A stretch of DNA of 48,175 nucleotides from Gammaproteobacteria bacterium (GTDB lineage: Bacteria > Pseudomonadota > Gammaproteobacteria > Natronospirales > JASFQN01): assembly GCA_050115425.1 (NCBI GenBank), contig JASFQN010000001.1, positions 1 to 48,175 of the forward strand. The letters run 5' to 3'. This document shows, in pieces, positions 1-10,969 of the stretch. The notes beneath the pieces are model-generated. The model was not told where the DNA came from. It searched no databases and saw only the letters and a program-made list of their open reading frames with translations. Within the stretch, counting starts at the first letter, position 1. Each line of letters opens with the position of its first letter. The translations under genes and the position numbers were made by a program.

Positions 1-735
1 GAAAGCCCACCAACTCCAGGGATGACCATCCGCGCCCAGCCCCGGCGCGGCGAGCATGGCTCCGTGGCCGGTCGCGGCAAGGCGTTCAAACATGGCGCCG
101 ATGCCACCATAAAGCTTCCAGGGGAGGTACAGGCCAAGTCCCCAGGCGATGGCCATCATCATCATGCCCTGGAACATGCTGGTCCAGCCGACGCCCAACA
201 CGCCGCTGAAAAGCACATAGAGCGTTACCACGCCGTACGCGAGCCCCGCCCCCACCCACAACGGGATGCTGCCGTTGCTGACGGTCTCGAGGATGTAACC
301 CGCGCCCGTCATCTGCAGGGTCAGATACGGTATGAACGCCACGATGCTCAGTACCGCCAGCAGCACGGACAGGAAGCCGCTGTCAAACCGGTGCGCGAGC
401 AGTTCAGCCTGGGTCACGAAGCCAAAGCGCTCGCCAACGCGCCTTGTCTTGGGACCGATGAAATACATGGGAAGCAGGCCCAGGGCCCCGTAAGCGAGGA
501 TGAAATAGGCGGCACCGCCTCGCGAATAGGCCCAGCCGGGGCCACCAAGAAAGGCAAAGGAGGAAAAGATGGCTGCGCCCAGCACGAAGTAGAGCAGGAG
601 TACATCCATTTGCCGGTCGCCAGCCACGAAGCCCGCCACGCTGGGTCGCATGCGCAGCCCGGGCAGGATACCGACCACCAGGACAACGGCCAGGTAGGCG
701 AAACACACGCTCAGGGCAATACTGGAGTCACTCAT
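1..735 (-). CDS. sodium:solute symporter (SSF) family transporter, N-terminal part; the gene runs off the left edge
   Basis: Absent from the ORF track because it has no stop in the window. The minus strand read from ATG 735-733 gives MSDSSIALSVCFAYLAVVLVVGILPGLRMRPSVAGFVAGDRQMDVLLLYFVLGAAIFSSFAFLGGPGWAYSRGGAAYFILAYGALG... and stays open to position 1. It has several hydrophobic helices and an SSF-like N-terminus. It lies 60 nt downstream of a DUF3311-type mini-protein, the usual partner of this transporter subfamily. Confidence 0.75.
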   Translation of the reverse strand, partial: MSDSSIALSVCFAYLAVVLVVGILPGLRMRPSVAGFVAGDRQMDVLLLYFVLGAAIFSSFAFLGGPGWAYSRGGAAYFILAYGALGLLPMYFIGPKTRRVGERFGFVTQAELLAHRFDSGFLSVLLAVLSIVAFIPYLTLQMTGAGYILETVSNGSIPLWVGAGLAYGVVTLYVLFSGVLGVGWTSMFQGMMMMAIAWGLGLYLPWKLYGGIGAMFERLAATGHGAMLAAPGLGADGHPWSWWAF

Positions 736-795
736 GAATTGCCTCGCAGGTGGCTGGCAGCACACGACCCCTCCGAGTCGCGACGCTGCACGGTT

Positions 796-1014
796 CTAGT
801 CTTTTCGGGTCTCTCCCAGATAGAGCCAAAGCAGGCCGCAAAACAGCACGATGATCCAGCCAATCACCCAGGCAAAGGAAAACGGCAACCCAAGAATCAG
901 GGGGCGCACTCCGGGCACCAGCATGTAACCCGGCCAGATCAGGGCACCCGCGGTGAGTGCCACGATTGCCAGAAATACCGCCTGCCGGCGCTGCGAGAAA
1001 TGACGTTTGCTCAT
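796..1014 (-). CDS. small two-helix membrane protein (DUF3311-like) accompanying the symporter
   Basis: 72-aa ORF MSKRHFSQRRQAVFLAIVALTAGALIWPGYMLVPGVRPLILGLPFSFAWVIGWIIVLFCGLLWLYLGE with two TM helices. Its ATG (1014-1012) overlaps the TGA (1013-1011) of the upstream cyclase gene as ATGA. Confidence 0.7.
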   Translation of the reverse strand: MSKRHFSQRRQAVFLAIVALTAGALIWPGYMLVPGVRPLILGLPFSFAWVIGWIIVLFCGLLWLYLGETRKD

Positions 1015-4000
1015 CCCCCGTCACTCGTGTCCGGGTCAAAGAGTGCGACCCGGTTGCGCCCCCCCCGTTTCGCTTCATAGAGGCCCGCATCCGCACGATT
1101 GACCAACTCCGCAAGATCGTCAACGCCCTCTGCCACAACGGCAATGCCGATACTCACGGTATTTCGTAACGGCCCACGATGAGTGCTGATGGTCAGGGCC
1201 TCGACACTCTGCCTGAGCCGATCTGCGACATCCATGGCGACCTGCGCGGAGGTCTCAGGCAGCATGATGATGAATTCATCGCCGCCATAGCGGCCGATGA
1301 TATCGAAATGGCGCAGATTGGTCCGACAACTGTTGGCCAGGTTCTTGAGTACCCGATCGCCGACATCATGACCGTACTCGTCGTTGATTTCCTTGAACTT
1401 GTCCACGTCCAGCAGGATCAGGGCCAGATTCCGGTCATAGCGCCGGCTGCGATTGAACTCCAGTTCGCCCAGTTCGAAGAAATAACGGCGATTGTGAAGG
1501 CCGGTCAATCCATCGGTTGTGGCGAGATTCTGTACCTCGGAAAACAGCCGCGCGTTGTCCAGACTCACCACCGCCTGACGGGCGAAAGCCGTTGCCGTGT
1601 CGATCTCCGACGCATCGAATGGCGTTGTACGACGCGCCAGAACCAGCAGGCTGAATTCGTCGCCACGTGAGACCAGTGGCACCAGGAGATACCGGAAATC
1701 GGCGAGCCCCTCGTCCAGCCGACCCCTGTCCGCCAATTCCTCGCCCGAGAGACATCGCGACTGCTGATAATGCCGCAGCTCCGCGAACAGCTGTTCGTGC
1801 GTATGAGGCAAAAGCCGCAACTGACGCTCATGTTCCGGATTCACGCCGAGTTCGGCGATCATGTGGATGTCGATGCCCTGCTCCATGTACAGCGCTGCCC
1901 AGTCGTAATCGACCATTCGGGACAACTTGGACATCAACTCCCCGGCAATTTCCTCGCCCTTGAGAGACGAGGACATGGCGTGGGTCAACTCAAGCAGTGT
2001 CTCGGCCCATCGACGCTGCTGCTGTTCGTCCTGGAGGGCATGTTCCCGCGCCATTCGGCGCCGCTGTGCCTGGAAAACCGCAAGCAGCAAGGCGCCGCCG
2101 GCGAGCACGTAACCCAGATAGGCCCACCATGTGAGCCAGGGTGGCGGAAGAACCTCTACCGTCATGCTTGCCGGTTTGCTGCTCCATGTAGTGCCATCGC
2201 TGGTCCCCTTGACCCTGAAGACATAAGTGCCGGGATCGAGATTGGTGTAGGTCACACGGTTCCGGGTACCGCCATCGCGCCATTCGTCGTCAAACCCCTG
2301 CAACTGATAGCTGAACCGGTTGCGATCTGGCGCGGCAAAATTGAATGCGGCGAACTCGAATGAAATGACGTTCTGGCGCCAAGTCAGCGTAATCTTGTCC
2401 AGGGCGGGAACCGGCTTGCCCAGGTCAACATCGTGATTGAATTCCAGAAAACGCGTGATTGCCACCCGGGGTGGCGGCGATTGCCGTTGGATGTCGGCAG
2501 GATAGAAGGCGTTGAATCCATTGATGCCACCGAAGAACAGTTCGCCGTCCGGGGCGCGATAGCATGCGCCGGCATTGAATTCATCCGCCTGGAGGCCATC
2601 CCGGGAATCGTAGTTGGTGAAGGTCCCCTTGGCGGGATCATATTGAGAGAGACCGCGATTGGTGCTGAACCACCACTTCCCGGTACCGTCCTGCAGTGCC
2701 CCGTAAACCGTGTCATTCGGCAAGCCGTCCTTCGTGGTGAATCGCTTTGCCGTGCCCGTGGAATAATCGAACAACACCAGACCGTTGGCGGTTCCCACCC
2801 AGAGCGTGTCACCTGAACCGGGGCGGATGGTCTGAATCGAATTGGCGAGATAATTGCCGGCGGCACCGGCCTCTGGCGTCACGCATCTGTCGGCTTTCTC
2901 GTCGAGTCTGCAGAGTCCGGCGTCGGTTCCAACCCAGAGTGTTCCGTCCGGACTCTGAGCGAGCGTGAGCACCATCGGTGAATTCAGCCCCTTGACCGGC
3001 AGCACGGCGGACAGTTTTCCGCTCGAGGAATCCAGACGATACAGCCCCAGCGCGGTTCCAATCAGCAAGCGGCCGTCGGCATCCTCGAAAATCACGTTGA
3101 CGACATTGGCCTGCAGGTCGTCGGCGGAATGAATGATCTTGTAGGTCTTGAACTTGCCGGTAACGCGATCCAGGAGCCCGACTCCGTCATCGGTTCCAAC
3201 CCAGACCCGATTGGCACGGTCCACGAAGACGAAGTCGGCCATGCTGCCTGGCGGGGAACCCGGCTTGTGATCGTCATGGCGGTAGTGCCGGAAACTTCCC
3301 GTTTCGCGATCCAGCCGATCCAGCCCCTTGCCGCTGGCGATCCACACGAAGCCCTGCTGGTCTTCCGCCATGGACCAGACGATGTTGCCCGACAGGGAGT
3401 CTTCGCGACCCGGCTGATGGCGGAAATGCGCGAACTGGCGGGTCGCGGGATCCAGGCGGCTGATACCTCCCGCGCCGGTGCCGATCCAGAGAATGCCCGT
3501 GCTGTCGCGATAGAGGGTCTCGATATTGTTGCCGCCCAGACTGGATATGTCGGCCGGGTCATGCTGATAGCGCTCCACCCGGCGCGTGTCCGGATCGAGA
3601 TGCAGCAACCCGGCACCGTAAGTGCCGATCCAGAGACCGCCGTTCTCGTCGGGTAACAGAGCGCGGATCCTCGCGGCGGCCAGGTTGCCGTGTCCCAGGG
3701 TTTTCGCGCCCATGGCCGCGACCACCGTGCCATCGCCGGCCAATTCCAGGAGCGCCCCTTCGGCGCCGACCCAGGTATTGCCGCCGGGACCGGCCACGAT
3801 GACATTGACGCTTACATTGTTCAGAAGTTCGTGCTTCTTGTATCGGCCCGATATGGGCCTGAAGGTTTTCCTGACGGGCTCATAGCGCGTGAGACCCGTG
3901 TAGCTGCCGACCCAGACGATCCCGCGAGCATCCTCATGGAGTGCCCAGATTCGGTCGTCTCGCAGCCCCTGCCCGGCCCCCTTGCCCGAATGGAAATGCT

Positions 4001-4553
4001 GGAAACGGTCGGTCCGGGGATCGTAGACATCCAGTCCGCCGTCCGTACCGATCCAGATCCTGCCGTCGCGCGATTGCATGAGGCACCAGACCGTGCCGTT
4101 GGACAGCTCGTGCGGGCCGGCGGTGCCCCGGCCGGCCGCCGGGAAATGCCGGAAGCGCCCGGTCCCGGGATCGTAGCGGTCCAACCCGCCAACGTTGGTC
4201 CCCACCCAGACGTGGCCCTCACGGTCCACGAGGAGACTGTTGATCAAGCTGCCGCTGAGATCGTGTGGCCCCTCACCCCGACGGAACACGGTGAAGCGAT
4301 AGCCATCGAATTGATGCAGGCCATCCTCGGTACCGATCCACATGAAGCCACGCGGATCCTGGGCGATCGCGGTGACCGTGTTCTGTGCCAGACCGTCGGA
4401 ACTGGTGAGATGGTCGAATTTCAGCGCGGTGCCGGGCGGCGCCGCCAGGGCAAGACAGCTTTGTGACAACAGGCACAAAAATGCGGCCAGATGTCGCCAA
4501 CCAGTGCTCTGGGCCGTGGGCGGCCCATACTTCGGGATTCGCAACTCAAACAC
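1011..4553 (-). CDS. periplasmic-sensor diguanylate cyclase (two-component-regulator propeller repeats + Y_Y_Y, TM helix, GAF, GGDEF)
   Basis: Long run of repeats of the type W(I/V)GT..GL..(Y/F)D. Then TM segment WWAYLGYVLAGGALLLAVF, a GAF-like region, and a C-terminal GGDEF domain (RYGGDEF) with an RxxD I-site (RHFD) five residues upstream. The ORF is open to a GTG at 4688. I prefer GTG 4553 (AAGGG 7 nt upstream), which gives MFELRIPKYGPP..WRHLAAFLCLLSQSCLALAAP with a signal/anchor. ATG 4631 is another option. Confidence 0.9.
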   Translation of the reverse strand: MFELRIPKYGPPTAQSTGWRHLAAFLCLLSQSCLALAAPPGTALKFDHLTSSDGLAQNTVTAIAQDPRGFMWIGTEDGLHQFDGYRFTVFRRGEGPHDLSGSLINSLLVDREGHVWVGTNVGGLDRYDPGTGRFRHFPAAGRGTAGPHELSNGTVWCLMQSRDGRIWIGTDGGLDVYDPRTDRFQHFHSGKGAGQGLRDDRIWALHEDARGIVWVGSYTGLTRYEPVRKTFRPISGRYKKHELLNNVSVNVIVAGPGGNTWVGAEGALLELAGDGTVVAAMGAKTLGHGNLAAARIRALLPDENGGLWIGTYGAGLLHLDPDTRRVERYQHDPADISSLGGNNIETLYRDSTGILWIGTGAGGISRLDPATRQFAHFRHQPGREDSLSGNIVWSMAEDQQGFVWIASGKGLDRLDRETGSFRHYRHDDHKPGSPPGSMADFVFVDRANRVWVGTDDGVGLLDRVTGKFKTYKIIHSADDLQANVVNVIFEDADGRLLIGTALGLYRLDSSSGKLSAVLPVKGLNSPMVLTLAQSPDGTLWVGTDAGLCRLDEKADRCVTPEAGAAGNYLANSIQTIRPGSGDTLWVGTANGLVLFDYSTGTAKRFTTKDGLPNDTVYGALQDGTGKWWFSTNRGLSQYDPAKGTFTNYDSRDGLQADEFNAGACYRAPDGELFFGGINGFNAFYPADIQRQSPPPRVAITRFLEFNHDVDLGKPVPALDKITLTWRQNVISFEFAAFNFAAPDRNRFSYQLQGFDDEWRDGGTRNRVTYTNLDPGTYVFRVKGTSDGTTWSSKPASMTVEVLPPPWLTWWAYLGYVLAGGALLLAVFQAQRRRMAREHALQDEQQQRRWAETLLELTHAMSSSLKGEEIAGELMSKLSRMVDYDWAALYMEQGIDIHMIAELGVNPEHERQLRLLPHTHEQLFAELRHYQQSRCLSGEELADRGRLDEGLADFRYLLVPLVSRGDEFSLLVLARRTTPFDASEIDTATAFARQAVVSLDNARLFSEVQNLATTDGLTGLHNRRYFFELGELEFNRSRRYDRNLALILLDVDKFKEINDEYGHDVGDRVLKNLANSCRTNLRHFDIIGRYGGDEFIIMLPETSAQVAMDVADRLRQSVEALTISTHRGPLRNTVSIGIAVVAEGVDDLAELVNRADAGLYEAKRGGRNRVALFDPDTSDGG

Positions 4554-4857
4554 CGCGCTACCCTTTCTGTTGCCGGCCCCTCGCGGTGGCGTTGCGCCAT
4601 CCGCCCGGCTTCCCCTCCACCGATTGACCATACCGCAATTTTGGCCCAAGGGATAGAGGTCGCCGCGGAAGCGCGCAACGGCTGTCACGGAATTGTCACA
4701 TTCCTCTCACCCGACGGTAACATTGTGCGCTCATCATGCGCTCCGACATCCGGATCGGGTCATGGGGCCCGTGGATTCGCCGAGCACGCCGGCGGAGCAC
4801 TTTCTGCGCCGGCATGACAACAGTGCTGTTGAACGAAAATACTCAGGAGTGAATCGA

Positions 4858-5877
4858 ATGCGCAAGCAACTGGTTACCGCGGCGGTGGTCGCCGCCCTCG
4901 CCGGCTTTGGTGGCAACGCCATGGCCGACGAAAACACCAATGTCGGCGGCAAGATGTACTTTGACTTCAGCAACATCTCCGCTGATGTAAATGGCAACAA
5001 CACCGACGCCACCGGTTTCGGCGTCGACGTGAAGCGCTTTTACCTGAGCGTGGATCACAAGTTCGATGACGTTTTTTCGGCCAACATCACGACCGACTTC
5101 AACTATCAGTCCAACGACGGTCGCACCCAGGTTTTCGTGAAGAAGGCCTATTTCCAGGCCAAGCTGACCGACGATGTCGCCGTGCGCGCCGGCTCCGCTG
5201 ACATGCCGTGGATTCCTTATGTCGAACACCTGTACGGCTACCGCTACGTGGAAAACACCATCACCGACAAGCTGCACTTCGCAAACTCGGCGGACTGGGG
5301 CATGCATCTGGTGGGCGGCGACAAGAACGGCCTGAATTACCAGGTCTCGCTGGTCAACGGCAATGGCTACAAGAACCCCTCCCGCAGCAAGGGCATGGAT
5401 ATCGAGGGCCGTCTGGGCTTCGCACCCATGGACGGCATGCAGATCGCCCTGGGCGCCTACAGCGGCAAGCGCGGCCAGGACTTCGAGACCCGTTCCGCCG
5501 CGAATACCGCCTCGCGTGGTGACCTGCTGGTCGCTTATGCAAAGGACGGTATCCGCGTGGGGGGTGAATATTTCACCGCCAAGGACTGGGACACGACGCA
5601 GGCTGCGTCCGACAAGGCTGACGGCTTCTCCATCTGGGGCTCCATGCCGGTGAGCGAGACCTCCAATGTCTTTGCCCGCTTCGACACGGCCAAGCCCAGC
5701 AAGGATCTGCTGCCGGATTACAAGGACAAGTATTTCAACATCGGCCTTGAACTGAATCCGCGCAAGAATGTGAATGTTGCCTTCGTCTACAAGCGTGAGA
5801 AGAAGGACAATTTCAATGCACTGGGCGACAGCTTCAAATCGGACGAAATCGGCATTTTCACACAAGTGAAGTTCTGA
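4858..5877 (+). CDS. outer-membrane beta-barrel porin
   Basis: ATG 4858 is preceded by AGGAGT. Signal peptide MRKQLVTAAVVAALAGFGGNAMA|DE. Alternating amphipathic strands with Y/F/G/N-rich turns and a C-terminal ...FTQVKF (terminal Phe typical of OMPs). The upstream in-frame extension to 4693 is not credible. Confidence 0.8.
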   Translation: MRKQLVTAAVVAALAGFGGNAMADENTNVGGKMYFDFSNISADVNGNNTDATGFGVDVKRFYLSVDHKFDDVFSANITTDFNYQSNDGRTQVFVKKAYFQAKLTDDVAVRAGSADMPWIPYVEHLYGYRYVENTITDKLHFANSADWGMHLVGGDKNGLNYQVSLVNGNGYKNPSRSKGMDIEGRLGFAPMDGMQIALGAYSGKRGQDFETRSAANTASRGDLLVAYAKDGIRVGGEYFTAKDWDTTQAASDKADGFSIWGSMPVSETSNVFARFDTAKPSKDLLPDYKDKYFNIGLELNPRKNVNVAFVYKREKKDNFNALGDSFKSDEIGIFTQVKF

Positions 5878-5900
5878 TCCGGGCCGATCGGAAAGCGCAA

Positions 5901-5931
5901 ACGGCGGGCCTTGTGCCCGCCGTTCTTTATT
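5901..5931. terminator. bidirectional rho-independent terminator between the convergent porin and hypothetical genes
   Basis: acggcgggc-cttgt-gcccgccgt hairpin followed by tctttatt on the plus strand. On the minus strand the same hairpin is followed by tttgcgcttt. Confidence 0.7.
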
Positions 5932-5941
5932 CCCGCATTCT

Positions 5942-6751
5942 TCAAACGGTATGCGAACTCGGCCAGTCGGTAGCCGGGAACAGGAACCTGGGCACGACCT
6001 TCCTGCGGGTGCTTCGTTCACGCAACGAGGAGCGGTTGGCGGGGTACCAGCGGGCCACGGCGGCGTGGTATTCGGGAACAAGCCGCTCAAGGGCGGTGAA
6101 CAGCCAATCCCGGTACTGAACCTTCACCAGCTTGTCGGTATAGCGGACCGCGCCGGTCACCTGCCCCGCATGGCGCTGGCGCAGGATCAGGCCCATATGC
6201 AGGGTCAACCGGTACAGATCCTTGTCATGCATCCGTCCGCCATACGGGTGCACAAGCACCAGCACGACATGCAACTGACGCCTGTTCGAACGTGACCTGA
6301 ATACCGCATGCGGCACCGCCTTCAGTCCAGCGGCTTCAACTCCGCGGCTGCGGTTGCCCAGCAGGGCGGTCTGCACCAGATCGTATTCGGATTCCAGTAC
6401 CTGGCACATCCGGTGCACCTGGCTGGCGCCGCGGATCCGCAGTCCTCGCAAACAGACCAGACAGCCTGTCACCACCAGCATCAGACCGGAGAGGAAAAGA
6501 GTCCACGGCCACACGCTTTGCGACAATCCCCGCACCCAGGCTCCGGTGGCAATGCCACCGGCACACGCCAGAAGCCCCAGCAGAACCATCAGGCACAATG
6601 CGCGACCGGCCAGAAATCCGTGTTCCGGCATATCCGTGTCAGATGAGGACCCACCCCCGCTGTGAGCACCAAGGTGTCCGCGGTGGCTGCAAAAGCGCAC
6701 CGGACTGTCCGCATACAAGGCCAGACTCCTGGCCGGAATCGCATCCCCCAT
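5942..6751 (-). CDS. hypothetical membrane protein (two predicted TM helices, soluble C-terminal region)
   Basis: 269-aa ORF. ATG 6751 is preceded by GGGGAGGAGACGGGA. TM stretches ALCLMVLLGLLACAGGIATGAW and WTLFLSGLMLVVTGCLVCL. Codon usage is GC3-rich like its neighbours. I recognise no family signature. Confidence 0.55.
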   Translation of the reverse strand: MGDAIPARSLALYADSPVRFCSHRGHLGAHSGGGSSSDTDMPEHGFLAGRALCLMVLLGLLACAGGIATGAWVRGLSQSVWPWTLFLSGLMLVVTGCLVCLRGLRIRGASQVHRMCQVLESEYDLVQTALLGNRSRGVEAAGLKAVPHAVFRSRSNRRQLHVVLVLVHPYGGRMHDKDLYRLTLHMGLILRQRHAGQVTGAVRYTDKLVKVQYRDWLFTALERLVPEYHAAVARWYPANRSSLRERSTRRKVVPRFLFPATDWPSSHTV

Positions 6752-6824
6752 TCCCGTCTCCTCCCCAGGATCGGGATTTCAGTCAGCCAATCCGCCGCCC
6801 CCGGCGAATCTGCCCCCAGACGGA

Positions 6825-6854
6825 AACCTAGCTGGAATTACCCCATTTTGTCAA
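6825..6854 (-). promoter_or_regulatory. candidate sigma70 promoter for the hypothetical membrane-protein gene
   Basis: On the minus strand: TTGACA (6854-6849), 18-nt spacer, TAGGTT (6830-6825), inside the only AT-rich patch of this spacer. Confidence 0.3.
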
Positions 6855-6917
6855 AGAGTTACCTGATTTATCTCATGTAACACGGGATGTTTTGGTAACC
6901 GGGACCCAGAAAGGACC

Positions 6918-7427
6918 TCAGGCACTGAATCGTGCGAGGAAGAGACCGAACAGGTGGGTAATGTATTCAAGGCTGTCTGTCAGCCGATGGTCACTGTCGA
7001 GCACATGCAAGAGCGCCTGATGTTCACGCGCGAAACGGATACCGTTCTGCACCGGTACAACGTCGTCGCGCCAACCATGCACGACCTCCACGTGGCAGCC
7101 CGGTGGCAGGCCAAGAGGCGCATCGTAGCCCGGCATGTAGACCGCGGGCGCCAGCAGGAAAAGCCCGGCCGGCTGCACTTTTTCGGCAGCCGCCAGCGAA
7201 ACATAGGAACCCATGCTTGAACCGACCAACAGCAACGATTTGTGCCCGCCCCGGCAATGCGCAACCAATTTGTCGATACGAGGCTGTGGTTCGTCCATTC
7301 CCTGATAGTCGAGCGAATCGAAGGTCAGACCGCGCAACTTCAACAATTCGGCCATGCGGCTGATCTTCGTGCCCCAGGGACCACTCTCCTTGCCATGGCT
7401 GAAAACGATGTGGGGTGCGTCGGGCAT
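6918..7427 (-). CDS. small alpha/beta-fold hydrolase (esterase / lysophospholipase-like)
   Basis: MPDAPHIVFSHGKESGPWGTKI...LLLVGSSMGSYVSLAAA (GxSxG nucleophile elbow)...VVHGWRDDVVP...DSDHRL (Asp/His candidates). ATG 7427 is preceded by GGAGGA. The track start at 7448 is a TTG. Confidence 0.8.
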   Translation of the reverse strand: MPDAPHIVFSHGKESGPWGTKISRMAELLKLRGLTFDSLDYQGMDEPQPRIDKLVAHCRGGHKSLLLVGSSMGSYVSLAAAEKVQPAGLFLLAPAVYMPGYDAPLGLPPGCHVEVVHGWRDDVVPVQNGIRFAREHQALLHVLDSDHRLTDSLEYITHLFGLFLARFSA

Positions 7428-7461
7428 GCTTCCTCCAGGTCGTGGCAATGCAAATCACCGG

Positions 7462-7490
7462 TTTATAACCCAGCGTCCTCGAACTCACAA
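7462..7490 (-). promoter_or_regulatory. candidate sigma70 promoter for the hydrolase gene
   Basis: On the minus strand: TTGTGA (7490-7485), 17-nt spacer, TATAAA (7467-7462), about 35 nt upstream of the ATG. Confidence 0.3.
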
Positions 7491-7529
7491 CTCGCATGCA
7501 GGCATCGGACTGTACTGTCAATTCGGCGC

Positions 7530-10349
<2,820 letters not shown>

Positions 10350-10743
10350 GGCTTGCACCTCTTCTCCTGCGGGCCCGCGACCCGCATGCAAAGGCTTCGC
10401 AGGACACTCCTCAGCCCATACTCTGTGTCTAGCTCAAAGTCGGGAAAATGTCATTGACGCGGCCCAATGAAACAGTCGGCTCCGGAAAGGTCTGAGAGCA
10501 ACCAGACGGCCGGCAATCAACACCAATGCACGAAAAGACAAGGCTGTTCCAACGCCGACGCCCTTTCGGGCCAGTCGAGGTCAGGAAGTCTGAGGAGACC
10601 GACAGGCCAGTGGCCTGTCGCAGCCCGGCTGGCGGGCTGGCCAGGGACGGCCTGCCCCGGGCTTTCCGTCGCGTCGCCGGGACGGCGGAGCAGGAAAGTG
10701 AACCGGAGGTTCAAATCCGCCGTTCGGCTGCCGTGAGGGCATG

Positions 10744-10770
10744 AAAAAACCCGCCAACGTGGCGGGTTTC
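10744..10770 (-). terminator. rho-independent terminator downstream of tRNA-Pro
   Basis: Minus strand: acccgcc-acgtt-ggcgggt hairpin followed by TTTTTT. The plus-strand side has only TTT after the hairpin. Confidence 0.7.
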
Positions 10771-10781
10771 TACAAGAAATC

Positions 10782-10858
10782 TGGTCGGGGTGAGAGGATT
10801 TGAACCTCCGACCACCTGCACCCCATGCAGGTGCGCTACCAGGCTGCGCTACACCCCG
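10782..10858 (-). tRNA. tRNA-Pro (anticodon GGG)
   Basis: Reverse complement CGGGGTGTAGCGCAGCCTGGTAGCGCACCTGCATGGGGTGCAGGTGGTCGGAGGTTCAAATCCTCTCACCCCGACCA. Full cloverleaf, anticodon loop AUGGGGU, encoded CCA. Confidence 0.93.
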
Positions 10859-10969
10859 AATTCCGCTCTCGCGAAAGGACGCAAATGATACCGGAAGCAA
10901 CTGAGCGGGGAAACCCCGGAAAATGTCCGGGCCAGCCGCTCGGGGACGCTCCGAGCGATCAGAGGTTCC

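Noticed and set aside
22-1080. 352-aa plus-strand ORF at the left edge.
   Set aside because: It is antisense to the symporter and DUF3311 genes. Its composition is His/Gly/Arg/Gln-rich (for example GDGHHHHALEH) and it has no hydrophobic core or motifs. The minus-strand frame gives a clean multi-TM transporter instead.
4691-4706. GGAATTGTCACATTCC near-palindrome in the divergent cyclase/porin spacer as an operator site.
   Set aside because: Only 5-bp arms pair and there is a single copy with no cognate regulator nearby. It is too weak to call.
10560-10640. Possible SRP (4.5S) RNA or other known ncRNA, prompted by GGTCAGGAAG..GAGGAGACC and CCGGAAAGG strings.
   Set aside because: The conserved SRP domain IV sequence (GGUCAGGUCCGGAAGGAAGCAGCC with its symmetric loop) is not present. 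By eye there is also no match to RNase P, 6S, tmRNA or cobalamin-riboswitch consensus. This needs a covariance-model scan to be definitive.
10467-10736. 89-aa and 72-aa plus-strand ORFs in the large spacer as possible small proteins.
   Set aside because: No Shine-Dalgarno, heavy use of codons that are rare in neighbouring genes (AGG, AGA, TCA, AGT, CAA), and low-complexity Arg/Ser/Gly-rich products. The region is treated as non-coding.
10517-10900. 127-aa minus-strand ORF spanning the tRNA-Pro gene.
   Set aside because: It reads straight through the tRNA (GVAQPGSAPAWGAGGRRFKSSHPDQ is the typical translation of a tRNA sequence), so it is not a protein gene.
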